From a virus (lineage: Duplodnaviria > Caudoviricetes): a stretch of DNA of 35,436 nt. The notes below the pieces were generated by a model. That model searched no databases. It worked only from the letters and a program-made list of their open reading frames with translations, and had not been told where the DNA came from. The translations under genes and the position numbers were made by a program. Below are positions 17,134 to 27,332 of the stretch, piece after piece (within the stretch, counting starts at the first letter, position 1; every line of letters begins with the position of its first letter). The stretch is taken from the IMG/VR virus record IMGVR_UViG_3300012172_000010, positions 1-35,436 of that record. The stretch is one strand, 5' to 3'.

Positions 17134-18027
17134 ATGAAACCTAATAAGAAAATTCTAAAAGATCTTGCTGAACTTGCTTCTAAAAAGAAATCTTTAGAAG
17201 TAATGGATCTTGCTGACGAAGGTTATCTTAAAATCCGTGGTCCTCATGGCAGTGCTAGTGGGCAACTTATTGATCAAGATTTAGCAGAACAATATTTAGA
17301 TAAGTTAGCTCCTACTATGAAAGGTAATGAAGCTATGTATCTTGAGGATCTTTCTGTAGATCCAAATTTACGTGGCCAAGGTCATGGTAGTGAAATATTA
17401 AAAAAATTCTTAGAAGAAACTAAGAAAAAAGGCATCAAAGAAGTATATGCAAATGCTTCTCCTTATGGTGCAATGAATAGAGAAGAAGCCCTTCCTAAAT
17501 TATTAGAGTTTTATAAAAAGCATGGCGCTCAAGTTTTAGAAAAAGATAAAGAAAATGCCATGATTAAATGGCTTTTAGGAATGGGTGGAATTGGTGCTAT
17601 AGCTTCTGGTGGTAATGCTGAAGCTGCCACTCATGCACTTAATAACCCATTATCTACTGGTGTTGGTGAAATTGGTGGTAATGCTCTCACTCAATTAGAT
17701 AGAATTACTGGAAGACCTATTAGAGCAGGAGTTAATGCTTTATTACAACATCAAAACCCTTTACAAGCAGCTAAAGAAGCTGTAGTAGATGATAAAGATG
17801 TTACAGGTTCCGATGTGGCACATTCTTTGATGCAAGCTAACCCTCAACTAGGATTTCCCACTGTAGATGGTGGTAGAGACTATCCTCTTGAATCTGGTGT
17901 TGGTTTAGCAGCCGATTTAGCTTTTGATCCCACTAATTTAATAGGAATGGGTGCTGGTGTAAAAGCGGCTAAGACTCTTGGTAAAGAAGGTTTAGCATTA
18001 AGAGCTTTGCAAAGATTTATGAAATAG
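17134..18027 (+). CDS. GNAT acetyltransferase domain fused to Gly/Ala-rich virion-protein-like tail
   Basis: YLEDLSVDPNLRGQGHGSEIL (motif A), VYANASP, LLEFYKKHG (motif B); C-terminal GLAADLAFDPTNLIGMG. Confidence 0.75.
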   Translation: MKPNKKILKDLAELASKKKSLEVMDLADEGYLKIRGPHGSASGQLIDQDLAEQYLDKLAPTMKGNEAMYLEDLSVDPNLRGQGHGSEILKKFLEETKKKGIKEVYANASPYGAMNREEALPKLLEFYKKHGAQVLEKDKENAMIKWLLGMGGIGAIASGGNAEAATHALNNPLSTGVGEIGGNALTQLDRITGRPIRAGVNALLQHQNPLQAAKEAVVDDKDVTGSDVAHSLMQANPQLGFPTVDGGRDYPLESGVGLAADLAFDPTNLIGMGAGVKAAKTLGKEGLALRALQRFMK

Positions 18028-18061
18028 TAACAAAAGAATAATATTTGTTAAGATAATGGTA

Positions 18062-18072
18062 TTTTAACAACT
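18062..18072 (+). promoter_or_regulatory. TTTTAACAACT motif (putative late promoter)
   Basis: Intergenic, followed by ATATATT. Confidence 0.6.
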
Positions 18073-18108
18073 ATATATTGAATATTCTTTTATAAAAGGA
18101 CCACTTAA

Positions 18109-18561
18109 ATGGATGATAAATTAAAGAAACTTATGAAAGCTAAGGGTGATAAAAAGATTCATCCTATTGAAAAAGAAGCTAAAATGCGTTCTTTGGGTGA
18201 GCTTCATAGTATGGCTAAGAATATGCTTGGGGATAGATTGCAAGGGCTTAAGAAAGTCACTGTTGCTTCCGATAGCAAAGAAGGATTAGAAAAAGGTCTT
18301 TCTAAAGCTAAAGAAATTGTCGATGGTAAATTATCTGGAAATAACGTTTCAGATGTTTCACCTGAAATGGCCAATGCAATGGCTGAAGAAACTCTTGAAA
18401 CTTCAGAAGAAGAAGCGGAAGAATCTCCTGCTGAACAAGAATTAGAAGCTAAAGAAGGTATTGAAATGCATAATCCTGATATGGAAGAAATGGATGAGCA
18501 TGAAATTGATGAAAAAATCCAAAAATTAATGGAGATGAAGAAGCGATTAGCGAAGAATTAA
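18109..18561 (+). CDS. Hypothetical protein, basic N-half / acidic C-half
   Basis: 150 aa, SD AAAGGA, flanked by own motif and terminator. Confidence 0.7.
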   Translation: MDDKLKKLMKAKGDKKIHPIEKEAKMRSLGELHSMAKNMLGDRLQGLKKVTVASDSKEGLEKGLSKAKEIVDGKLSGNNVSDVSPEMANAMAEETLETSEEEAEESPAEQELEAKEGIEMHNPDMEEMDEHEIDEKIQKLMEMKKRLAKN

Positions 18562-18586
18562 TCCTTTCGTCTTTATGTCACCGATT

Positions 18587-18626
18587 AGGGGAAGTTGCTT
18601 CGCAAAGGCGCTTCCCCTCTTTTTTT
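18587..18626 (+). terminator. Rho-independent terminator
   Basis: AGGGGAAG...CTTCCCCT stem followed by T-tract. Confidence 0.8.
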
Positions 18627-18639
18627 AAGGAAATAAAAT

Positions 18640-19893
18640 ATGGCTAAAACTCCTTGGTTAACAAGCGATGAAATTGTTGACACTGTAAAAAAACGAATTA
18701 TGGTTCCTTTATCAGAATCAACTTTTACTGTTGACGATATCCTAGATTTTTGTAATCAAGAATTAATGGGAAGTCAGGTTCCATCTGTTCTTCAATATCA
18801 TGAAGAATATTTCATTCAAAGGATTTCTGTACCTCTTGAACAAAATATTCTAAGATATCCTATTCCCAATAGAGCATTGGGAATGAAATTGCGTTATATC
18901 TTTTATCTTGATACTAATAATCAAAGTTATGATATGACTCGTATTAATCCCAATGATCAGAGTTACTTTTTAAATAATTCTGATAGTAATACAAATCCCT
19001 ATCGTTATTATGTAGAAAACAATGAAATAGTTCTTTCAATTGGTAGTATGACACAGCCTGTTGGTAGTTTACTTATGGGATTTTTCATGCGACCAAATCA
19101 GCTTGTTCAAAATGCTCAAGCTGCAACAATTCAAAGTTTTGGTCAAACTATCACTATAGATAATACTACATTGGCAGTTGGTGATACTGTTGTTATTGAT
19201 AATGGTCTAAATCAAGATGATAGTGAAATTACATTTACAATTGTTGCATCTAGTCCTGGTGACAATGAATTTGTAATCGGTAGTACTAGTATTAATACTG
19301 CTTCTAATTTAGTAAATGCTATAAATGATAATGGTACTTATTCTGCTTCAAATAGTACACCAGCAACAAATGTTGTAACATTAGTTTACTATAATATTCA
19401 ACTATCAATCACGCCATCTAATAGCGTTTCAATGATTGTTCCAACCACTCAAACCATTAATTGTGATAATGTTCCTAGTACATTTAGCAATAATACTTTT
19501 TATGATATATTACAAACAAAACCTGGGCATAGAATTATAAATTACGACGTATTAGTTGGAAATAATGCTATTTCAGGTACTACAATGACATTCCCAGCGG
19601 GAAGTTTACCTGATGCAGTAATTATTGGAGACTATGTTTGTTTAGCTAACGAATGTATAATTCCGCAATTACCTCCAGAATTACACAATATTTTAGCTGA
19701 ACGTACTTGTGCTCGCGTTCTTTCTGCAATTGGTGACACTGAAGGGTTACAAAATTCTCAAAAGATGATTGCTGATATGGAACTAAGACAAGGAAATATG
19801 GTGCAAAATCGGGTTGACGGAAATACTCAAAAAGTATTGGCAAGGCGCAGTTTGCTCCATTATGGAAAAGGCATTCGTCGAAATATTCTTTAA
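18640..19893 (+). CDS. Head-to-tail adaptor-like protein with inserted beta domain
   Basis: N-terminal helix pattern (EIVD.VKKR...DILDFCNQE), RYPIP.RA, IPQLPPELH.IL; precedes nozzle-like gene. Confidence 0.6.
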   Translation: MAKTPWLTSDEIVDTVKKRIMVPLSESTFTVDDILDFCNQELMGSQVPSVLQYHEEYFIQRISVPLEQNILRYPIPNRALGMKLRYIFYLDTNNQSYDMTRINPNDQSYFLNNSDSNTNPYRYYVENNEIVLSIGSMTQPVGSLLMGFFMRPNQLVQNAQAATIQSFGQTITIDNTTLAVGDTVVIDNGLNQDDSEITFTIVASSPGDNEFVIGSTSINTASNLVNAINDNGTYSASNSTPATNVVTLVYYNIQLSITPSNSVSMIVPTTQTINCDNVPSTFSNNTFYDILQTKPGHRIINYDVLVGNNAISGTTMTFPAGSLPDAVIIGDYVCLANECIIPQLPPELHNILAERTCARVLSAIGDTEGLQNSQKMIADMELRQGNMVQNRVDGNTQKVLARRSLLHYGKGIRRNIL

Positions 19894-19906
19894 TATTGGC
19901 AAATAA

Positions 19907-22900
19907 ATGGCAAATCCACCAACATCAACAGTTAATCTGAAAGCCCTTGGGCTCAATACCCAACCTAATGAATTATCGGTTGAACCCGGAAGTTTGTCCG
20001 AAGCCTCAGATATTGTAATTAGACGTGATAATGTCATTGAACCTAGACGCGGATTTAAATTATTTGGTGAAGATTTTGGAACATCTACCGATAGAATAAC
20101 TCAACTCTTTCAATATAAAGAAAGAATTTTACGTCATTATAATACAATTCTTCAATTTGAAACTGATACTACTAACATCAATGATGAAGTGATATTTGAT
20201 GATTTTTGTGGTAGTTATTCTCCAGTAGAACCCGGTATTAGAATAAAATCAATTGAAGCTAATGGTAATTTTTATTTTACTACGTCTACTGGTATTCAAA
20301 AAATTTCTGCTCGCACTGCTGCTGATTTTACATCTAATTGTGGTTTTGTAACCCAAGCTGGTGGTATAAAAGCATTAGATATAGAAGCATTTTTAAATTT
20401 TACATATGGTGTTGAAGGATTTCTTCCCCCAGATAGTGCAGTTGCTTATAGAGTTGTTTGGGGAACTAAGGATTTAAATGGAAATTTAATTCTTGGTGTT
20501 CCAAGTGCTAGAGCTATTGTATATAATTCTCTTCAAGAAATGATAGTTAGAGATTATATGGTAGCATTGGAGAATTTAGATAATTTAGATATTACAGCAC
20601 AATCCAATTTTACTTCTGCCGATTTCGTTGAAACTTTGGGTCTTTCTCTTAATGCACCAGCGACTGATATTCAAGCTAACCTTATTGAACTTGCCACAAA
20701 GCTTGATGAAGAACGTGGAACTTTAATTCCCACTGGTGATATCTTATCTGCCAGCGTAGATACTTTAGGAATTTGTACTGTAACACTTACTGCGTCTAGT
20801 GTTGGTTTATTAGGAAAAATGCAAATAGGTGATAAAATTTTTCTTGAAGGGACTTGGAATGATATTGATGGACAAAATATAAGTGGTGTTTTTACTGTAA
20901 CTAATTTAGGACTTACTGGACCAAATAATACTATACAATTTTTAACCACATCTAATCCTGGTACAATGACACTCACGGGAGCATCTATTGAATCTGGTTG
21001 GTTTAGATCTATAGTTCAACCTCCTATCCCATCTATTCCAGCAACAAACGCCGAACTTGTTGCTTTACAAACATATTTAGAAAATATTTTATTTGAATTA
21101 CAATCAGATAGAAATATTGTAATTAGTGCTAATACCACAAGTATAGATCCATTTCCTTTATTAATTTCTTCCGTGTCTGTTACAACAACAACAAATTTAC
21201 AAATTGATTTTGATGCTTCAAACAATGTTAATGATGTATATTTACCAGGAGATAAAGTATTTTTGGCTGGTACTTGGGATGGAACAGGTGGGGATTTAAG
21301 TGGTTATTATACGATAACATCAATTCCTTCTGATACACAAATTAATATTACTATCCCAACTACTACGGTTGGTCCTGTTACCACTTCCACAGACACACAG
21401 ATTCAACTAATTCAACGATTTTCTATAAATCTACAAACAGAATTTGTTAATTTATTAAATGTGGAAGCCTCAGCAAATGTTACCATAATTATACCAATAC
21501 CAGAACAAGTTGATAGTAATTACTTTTTTCAAATTTATCGTTCAAATATTACAACCGCTTCACAAACCGATGTATTAGCGGATTTAATTCCCGATGATGA
21601 AATGCGGCTTGTTTATGAAGCGTATCCAACTCAAGCAGAATTAGATGCTTTAAGTATTACAGTGGTAGATATTACTCCTCAAAGTTTTTTTCAAGGCGGG
21701 GCATTTTTATATACTGATGAAACAAACGGAGATGGAATATTACAAGCTAATGAAATTCCGCCCCTTGCTTACGATATAAATACATTTAAAAATGTAACTT
21801 TTTATGCCAATACTAGAACTAGGCACAGATTATTTTTATCTTTATTGGGAATTAGTAAAATTATAACTGATTATGATAATGGCGATGAACCCACTTTTTC
21901 TATAGCATCATCTTTAGGTTTTAATAATTATAAATTTGTTAAGGGTGTAAATCAAATTACAGAAATTACTATACCGGCTGGTAGTGTTTTTTCACCCACA
22001 ACAAGTAATTATTTCTTAATTAATGGTGGAAATACCACACACCAATATTATGTTTGGTTTAATGTGTTCGGTGGAACAACCGTTGACCCAGCATTAGCTG
22101 ATAAAATTGGTATAGAAGTTGTTATTAATAGCGGCGATACTAACGTTCAAGTTGCACAAAAAGTAACTAATGCTTTTAATGTTAGCGTTGATGATTTTTC
22201 AGCAACTATAGTCGGAAATATTGTTACAGTTACAAATACCGTTGCTGGTCCATCAGATGATATATCTCCTACCGCTCCTACTGGTAGTATGGCAGGAGTC
22301 ACTGGATATTCTGCTTCTGTTTTAACACCTGGAGATGGTGAAAATGTTAAAAAACAAATTACTGAAATAACTACAATTGCTGGAAACTTATTTACTCCAA
22401 CAGGTTCAGCCGATTATTTTAGTATTAATAGCGCTTTTAATAGACAAAATTATTATTTTTGGTTTAATGTTGATGATGGTAATGATAATCCTGGTGTTAA
22501 TGGTCTTACTGGTGTAGAAGTTAATATTGATAGTACTGATACTGCATCTCAAGTTGCTGTAAAATTAAATGATAGTATAAATCTTTTTACTGATATTTTT
22601 TCATCTTCTGTGAATAGTAATATTGTTACAGTCACAAACTTTAGTCCAGGACCAGCAACAAATGCAACTGAAAACGTTGTTGATGTCGGATTTACAATTT
22701 CTACTACTCAACAAGGATTGTTAAATGTACTTCTCTCTAATAGTATATCTCCATCTTTAGCAGTACAAGAAACCACTCAAAGTTTAATTAATGTTATAAA
22801 TAAAAATAATGCTGAAATTGTTTATGGTTATTACTTATCTGGTATTACAGATGTTCCTGGTAATTTTTTATTAGAAGAAAGAACAATTGAGAATATTTTC

Positions 22901-25423
22901 TTTTATGTTTTAACTAATAGTGTTAATACTGGAAGTAGTTTTAATCCCGATCTATCACCATCATTTACAATTAATAATATAACTCAAGATAATCCGACCA
23001 CTGTTACAACGGTTTCCCCGCATCAATTGGGTAATCAAGACCAAGTTATGATATTAAATAGTAATAGTTTTCCACCAATTGACGGCATTCATGAAGTAAC
23101 GAATGTTTCCGGAACCAATTTTAATATTCCTGTTAATGTTATAGTATCAGGTAATGAGGGGTATGGAATAAATTTATTAAATGCTACAATATCTTCAGAT
23201 GAAAGAAAACCCAATAGAGTTTATTATTCTAAATATCTTCAACCAGAAGCGGTTCCTTTAGTAAATTTCTTAGATGTTGGGGCTCAAGATAAAGCAATTT
23301 TAAGAATTATTCCACTAAGAGACAGTTTATTCGTTCTTAAAGAAGACGGTGTATATCGTATTTCAGGAGAAACGGCACCATTTAACTTAGCATTATTTGA
23401 TACTAGTTATATATTAATTGCTACCGATAGTGTTGCAATTGCTAATAATATTATATATGGTTGGACCACTCAAGGAATTATGACACTTACTGAAAGTGGT
23501 AGTCAAATTATTTCAAGAGCAATCGATGTTAATCTTTTACCATTAGCTAGTGACTTATATCCTAATTTTTCAACAGCAACATTTGGTGTTGGTTATAATA
23601 GTGAATATTCCTATCTTGTCTGGACAGTAAAAGAAACTATTGATGATGTAGCAACTCAAGCATTTATTTATAATAATTTAACATCTACATGGGTTAGATG
23701 GGACAAATCAAATACTTGTGGTTTAGTTAAAGATGAAGATAATAAATTATATCTTGGTGATGGAGAAGAAAATTATATTCAACAAGAAAGAAAAGATTTC
23801 ACTCGCACCGATTATGCTGATAAAGAGTTTATTTTAAATATTGCAGAAGGAAATTACCAAGTTGAACAGGCTCAATTGAAATTTTTTCAATTAAATAATG
23901 TTAATTCAGTTGCACCTGGAGATGTGATTACACAAAACCAAAAAATTAGTATTTATGATATGAATAAATTACTAATGAAATTGGATAATGATCCCTCTGT
24001 TAATAGTGTTTATAGTATTTCTAGTATTAGTTATGACACTGGTACCGGATTAGCTCATATAATTATAAATGAAGATATTGATTCTCACATTGTAACGGGT
24101 AATCATGTTGTTGTTGATAATATAAATCCGATTGGTTACAACGGAATTGTTGAGGTCACCACAGCAACTAGTGGAGTAACGAGTGATATTTATTATGAAA
24201 TAGATGAAGATCCTGGTACTCATATAAATGATTCAGAAGGAACCGTTACATATAGTTATTTTAATACATTAAATCCTCAACCCGGCGAATCTTTAAGAAC
24301 TACATTGGAAGATCTTGCCGCAAAATTACAAATCGATTTACCAATAACAATTGATAACTTAACTAATTATGTAAATGATATTGCTGAAATTAATCTATTC
24401 GGACTATCAGTTAGTGCAGAAAATCCTGCCGTTTTTACCATGTCAGCACATAGTGTTACATCTATTAGTGGAACAACAATGACCGTTACCGGCAATCCAT
24501 TTATTGATGGAAATATTGTTTCTTTTGATTCTACTGGAACTTTACCATTTCCTCTTTCAGAAAATACTAATTATTATGTATTAAATACATCTGGTGATAC
24601 CTTTAATATAAGTGAAGATAACAGTAATTTAGTTTCAATGTCTAGTAGTTGGATTGGAAATCTTAGTATTTATTTAAATCATGGATTAAAAACTGGAAGA
24701 TATATTAATGTGAGTAATAGTACAACAACTCCGAATATTAATAAAAATTATGAAGTAACTTATATAAATGGACATCAATTTAGTATAGAAGCTGATGTTT
24801 CTACTGCCGGAACTGCTGATATTATAACATTAATCAACAACTTTAACGATATTAGAGGTTCTTATAATATTATTATTGATGGTTTAAATATGGGCGATTC
24901 TGGAACTACATTTAAAAATTATGAACATATAAATAGTGACACGCTGTTTGAAACTCCTATAACAAATGTAAATTATTCATTAAAAGAAATTCAAATTGAA
25001 ACGGTATTACCATTTATCATTGGTCCTATAACAATTTATAAAGCAATACCTAGTACATTTGAATATAGTCCAATTTCTATGAATGATGGATTGAGTTTAA
25101 AACATTTTCGCGAAGCAACAATTATGTATTTAAATAGAACTTTCAGTTTTGCTGAAGTTGGTTTTGCTTCAGATTTATTACCTGAAATTATCACTATTGA
25201 TGTTCCTGGGTTTGGTGCCGGTTTACAAGGAAATCAAGCAAATGGTGAAGGATACTATGGTGGAAATAGTAATAGTAGTCCTTTTAGAACTTATATTCCA
25301 TTAGAAAAAGCCCGATGTAGGTTCTTAAGAGTATCTCATGAACATTCAGTTGCGAGAGAAAAATATAGTATTTTAGGCACTAGTTTAACTGGTAGAATTG
25401 TAAGTACGAGAGGTTATAGGTAA
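19907..25423 (+). CDS. Large tail nozzle/stabilisation protein (P22 gp10 / T7 gp12-like) with multiple inserted domains
   Basis: LKALGL.T.PN...GSL..A.DIVI....IEPRRGF start; NRVYYSK..QPEAVP, LRDSLFVLKEDGVYRISG propeller motifs; K.F motif near the end; 1838 aa. Confidence 0.7.
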   Translation: MANPPTSTVNLKALGLNTQPNELSVEPGSLSEASDIVIRRDNVIEPRRGFKLFGEDFGTSTDRITQLFQYKERILRHYNTILQFETDTTNINDEVIFDDFCGSYSPVEPGIRIKSIEANGNFYFTTSTGIQKISARTAADFTSNCGFVTQAGGIKALDIEAFLNFTYGVEGFLPPDSAVAYRVVWGTKDLNGNLILGVPSARAIVYNSLQEMIVRDYMVALENLDNLDITAQSNFTSADFVETLGLSLNAPATDIQANLIELATKLDEERGTLIPTGDILSASVDTLGICTVTLTASSVGLLGKMQIGDKIFLEGTWNDIDGQNISGVFTVTNLGLTGPNNTIQFLTTSNPGTMTLTGASIESGWFRSIVQPPIPSIPATNAELVALQTYLENILFELQSDRNIVISANTTSIDPFPLLISSVSVTTTTNLQIDFDASNNVNDVYLPGDKVFLAGTWDGTGGDLSGYYTITSIPSDTQINITIPTTTVGPVTTSTDTQIQLIQRFSINLQTEFVNLLNVEASANVTIIIPIPEQVDSNYFFQIYRSNITTASQTDVLADLIPDDEMRLVYEAYPTQAELDALSITVVDITPQSFFQGGAFLYTDETNGDGILQANEIPPLAYDINTFKNVTFYANTRTRHRLFLSLLGISKIITDYDNGDEPTFSIASSLGFNNYKFVKGVNQITEITIPAGSVFSPTTSNYFLINGGNTTHQYYVWFNVFGGTTVDPALADKIGIEVVINSGDTNVQVAQKVTNAFNVSVDDFSATIVGNIVTVTNTVAGPSDDISPTAPTGSMAGVTGYSASVLTPGDGENVKKQITEITTIAGNLFTPTGSADYFSINSAFNRQNYYFWFNVDDGNDNPGVNGLTGVEVNIDSTDTASQVAVKLNDSINLFTDIFSSSVNSNIVTVTNFSPGPATNATENVVDVGFTISTTQQGLLNVLLSNSISPSLAVQETTQSLINVINKNNAEIVYGYYLSGITDVPGNFLLEERTIENIFFYVLTNSVNTGSSFNPDLSPSFTINNITQDNPTTVTTVSPHQLGNQDQVMILNSNSFPPIDGIHEVTNVSGTNFNIPVNVIVSGNEGYGINLLNATISSDERKPNRVYYSKYLQPEAVPLVNFLDVGAQDKAILRIIPLRDSLFVLKEDGVYRISGETAPFNLALFDTSYILIATDSVAIANNIIYGWTTQGIMTLTESGSQIISRAIDVNLLPLASDLYPNFSTATFGVGYNSEYSYLVWTVKETIDDVATQAFIYNNLTSTWVRWDKSNTCGLVKDEDNKLYLGDGEENYIQQERKDFTRTDYADKEFILNIAEGNYQVEQAQLKFFQLNNVNSVAPGDVITQNQKISIYDMNKLLMKLDNDPSVNSVYSISSISYDTGTGLAHIIINEDIDSHIVTGNHVVVDNINPIGYNGIVEVTTATSGVTSDIYYEIDEDPGTHINDSEGTVTYSYFNTLNPQPGESLRTTLEDLAAKLQIDLPITIDNLTNYVNDIAEINLFGLSVSAENPAVFTMSAHSVTSISGTTMTVTGNPFIDGNIVSFDSTGTLPFPLSENTNYYVLNTSGDTFNISEDNSNLVSMSSSWIGNLSIYLNHGLKTGRYINVSNSTTTPNINKNYEVTYINGHQFSIEADVSTAGTADIITLINNFNDIRGSYNIIIDGLNMGDSGTTFKNYEHINSDTLFETPITNVNYSLKEIQIETVLPFIIGPITIYKAIPSTFEYSPISMNDGLSLKHFREATIMYLNRTFSFAEVGFASDLLPEIITIDVPGFGAGLQGNQANGEGYYGGNSNSSPFRTYIPLEKARCRFLRVSHEHSVAREKYSILGTSLTGRIVSTRGYR

Positions 25424-25425
25424 TT

Positions 25426-25839
25426 ATGCGACTTCCTTCGATAAAAAGATTATATACAGAAGATTATCCAAAAGAAGATCAAGCTTTAGTTGATGGACTT
25501 TCATTTCCTATTAATAGCGGATTTGAAAGTTTATATGCACTAAGCAACAAACAGATATCTTTTAAAGATAACATAGCATGTACTTTTTCTAGTATCCAAG
25601 TGACTGTGGATAGTAATGGTTTTCCAACAAAAACAACAACTTATCCTTTATCATTGCCGTCTTCAGTAGATGGGACTTTGGTAATAAGTGCAATTTGTGC
25701 AACAAATCCAAATATTTATCCATCTTCAACTCCGTTTATAACCGGGTCAAAGAATCAGAATAGTTTTATTATACAACATATTTCCGGGTTACCAGCAAAT
25801 GTTCCTTTTAATTTAAACGTAATAACTATTCAAAATTAA
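25426..25839 (+). CDS. Small tail-associated hypothetical protein
   Basis: 137 aa directly after nozzle gene. Confidence 0.6.
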   Translation: MRLPSIKRLYTEDYPKEDQALVDGLSFPINSGFESLYALSNKQISFKDNIACTFSSIQVTVDSNGFPTKTTTYPLSLPSSVDGTLVISAICATNPNIYPSSTPFITGSKNQNSFIIQHISGLPANVPFNLNVITIQN

Positions 25840-25844
25840 CAACT
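25836..25844 (+). promoter_or_regulatory. TTAACAACT motif (putative late promoter)
   Basis: Overlaps stop of 25426 ORF, followed by ATTATAAA; upstream of the ejection cluster. Confidence 0.6.
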
Positions 25845-25866
25845 ATTATAAAGGTTTTATATACAA

Positions 25867-27321
25867 ATGGCTAATGTTCGTCAATCAAATCAAGCAGGTA
25901 GTAACTCAGCTTCCAGACCAGTTAAAAAGGTTGGCACTGGTTACACCAATTTACAATCTCTATTAAATGCAAGCAATGCTGGTGCATTGGGAAATACTCT
26001 TTCTCAAAATGTTTCTCAGAATGTTGGAAAAACAGTTGGAAATATTCAAGGGGCTCAGCAAGAATTTAAACAGGGAGCACAACAAGAACAAGGTAGACTT
26101 AGTGGATTGCAATCTGGTGCCGAAGGTGCTTTAAATAAAATTATAAACGCTCCATCAACAACTTCATATTCTGTTGATGAACAAGGTAATCCAGTTCAAA
26201 ATTTAATTGGTCAACCAGAAGTTCAAAATTATGCCGATTATGTTGGTTCTAAATATCAAGGACCAAGTGATATTAATAATGCTGCAAATTTACAAAAACA
26301 AGCAAATACATCACAACAATATGCAAGAATGTTGGGTTCACAACCCGGTCAACAACAACTACTAAGAAGCTTTGTTAGCAATCCCAAATATACAAACACA
26401 TTACAAAATTTAGATAGTCTTCATTTAGGTAAACAAAATATTCAATCTGGGTTAAAAAATGCTCGTTCACAAGCATTACAAAGATTGGCCGGTTCTAATG
26501 TTGGTGATATGTCTGCTTCTGCACAACAACAAGCTAGACAGAATATGGCAAATTTATCTCAACAACAACAGGGATTACAAAGAGCCACTCAAGGTGCTGT
26601 TGGTGGAATTAATGAACAACTATCAAATAGATTATCACAACTTCAAGATCAAAGTCAAGTACAAGAAGCATTGGGTCTTAAATTAAGACAAGGTGATTTT
26701 TCTGCTTTAACTCCAGAACAACGTGGTGTTGCTGAAGCTTATGGTAAATATAATATTCTCGATCCTCAAACTTTAATTAATATTCAAAATGCACAAAATC
26801 TTTCACAAGAAGGTGTTGCAAATCAACAACAAGCTGCACAATTAGCCGCTTTAGGAAAATTAATGAATGATCCTAATCTAAATCTTGGTGGAAATGTTGG
26901 AACGGCACAAGCTGCTAATGTTAACATTGGTGATTTCGTTGGTGATGCACAACAACGCGCTTCTGCTGATAGAGCAATAAAAATGAACAATATGTTAAGT
27001 GGTTTAAATCTTAATTTAGCAACTGGAGTAACCCCAGGTCAACAAATACCTGCTTATATGAATACACAACAAAGAGATCAATTATTACAAGCTGGTAGAT
27101 CATTACAACCATTGGCTGGTGGTAAATACTATGGTATGTCAGCAGATCAGTTAGCACAAGAATTACAAGGAATGAGTCCATGGGGAAGTGGTCAATCAAA
27201 TCAATCTATTGCATATAATCCCATTAAACAGTATGTAGATACTCTTAATTCCATATTAAATACAAAATACGGATTAACCTCTGGTGGAGGTTTATCTGGT
27301 GATTCGGGTTATAGAAGTTAA
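25867..27321 (+). CDS. Putative internal virion/ejection protein (Gln/Asn-rich)
   Basis: Q/N/G/A-rich helical composition, no Cys; synteny after nozzle. Confidence 0.55.
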   Translation: MANVRQSNQAGSNSASRPVKKVGTGYTNLQSLLNASNAGALGNTLSQNVSQNVGKTVGNIQGAQQEFKQGAQQEQGRLSGLQSGAEGALNKIINAPSTTSYSVDEQGNPVQNLIGQPEVQNYADYVGSKYQGPSDINNAANLQKQANTSQQYARMLGSQPGQQQLLRSFVSNPKYTNTLQNLDSLHLGKQNIQSGLKNARSQALQRLAGSNVGDMSASAQQQARQNMANLSQQQQGLQRATQGAVGGINEQLSNRLSQLQDQSQVQEALGLKLRQGDFSALTPEQRGVAEAYGKYNILDPQTLINIQNAQNLSQEGVANQQQAAQLAALGKLMNDPNLNLGGNVGTAQAANVNIGDFVGDAQQRASADRAIKMNNMLSGLNLNLATGVTPGQQIPAYMNTQQRDQLLQAGRSLQPLAGGKYYGMSADQLAQELQGMSPWGSGQSNQSIAYNPIKQYVDTLNSILNTKYGLTSGGGLSGDSGYRS

Positions 27322-27332
27322 GGAAAAATAAT

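Noticed and set aside
3550-17335. MKGNE pentapeptide in both SLT and GNAT proteins
   Set aside because: No flanking similarity; likely chance
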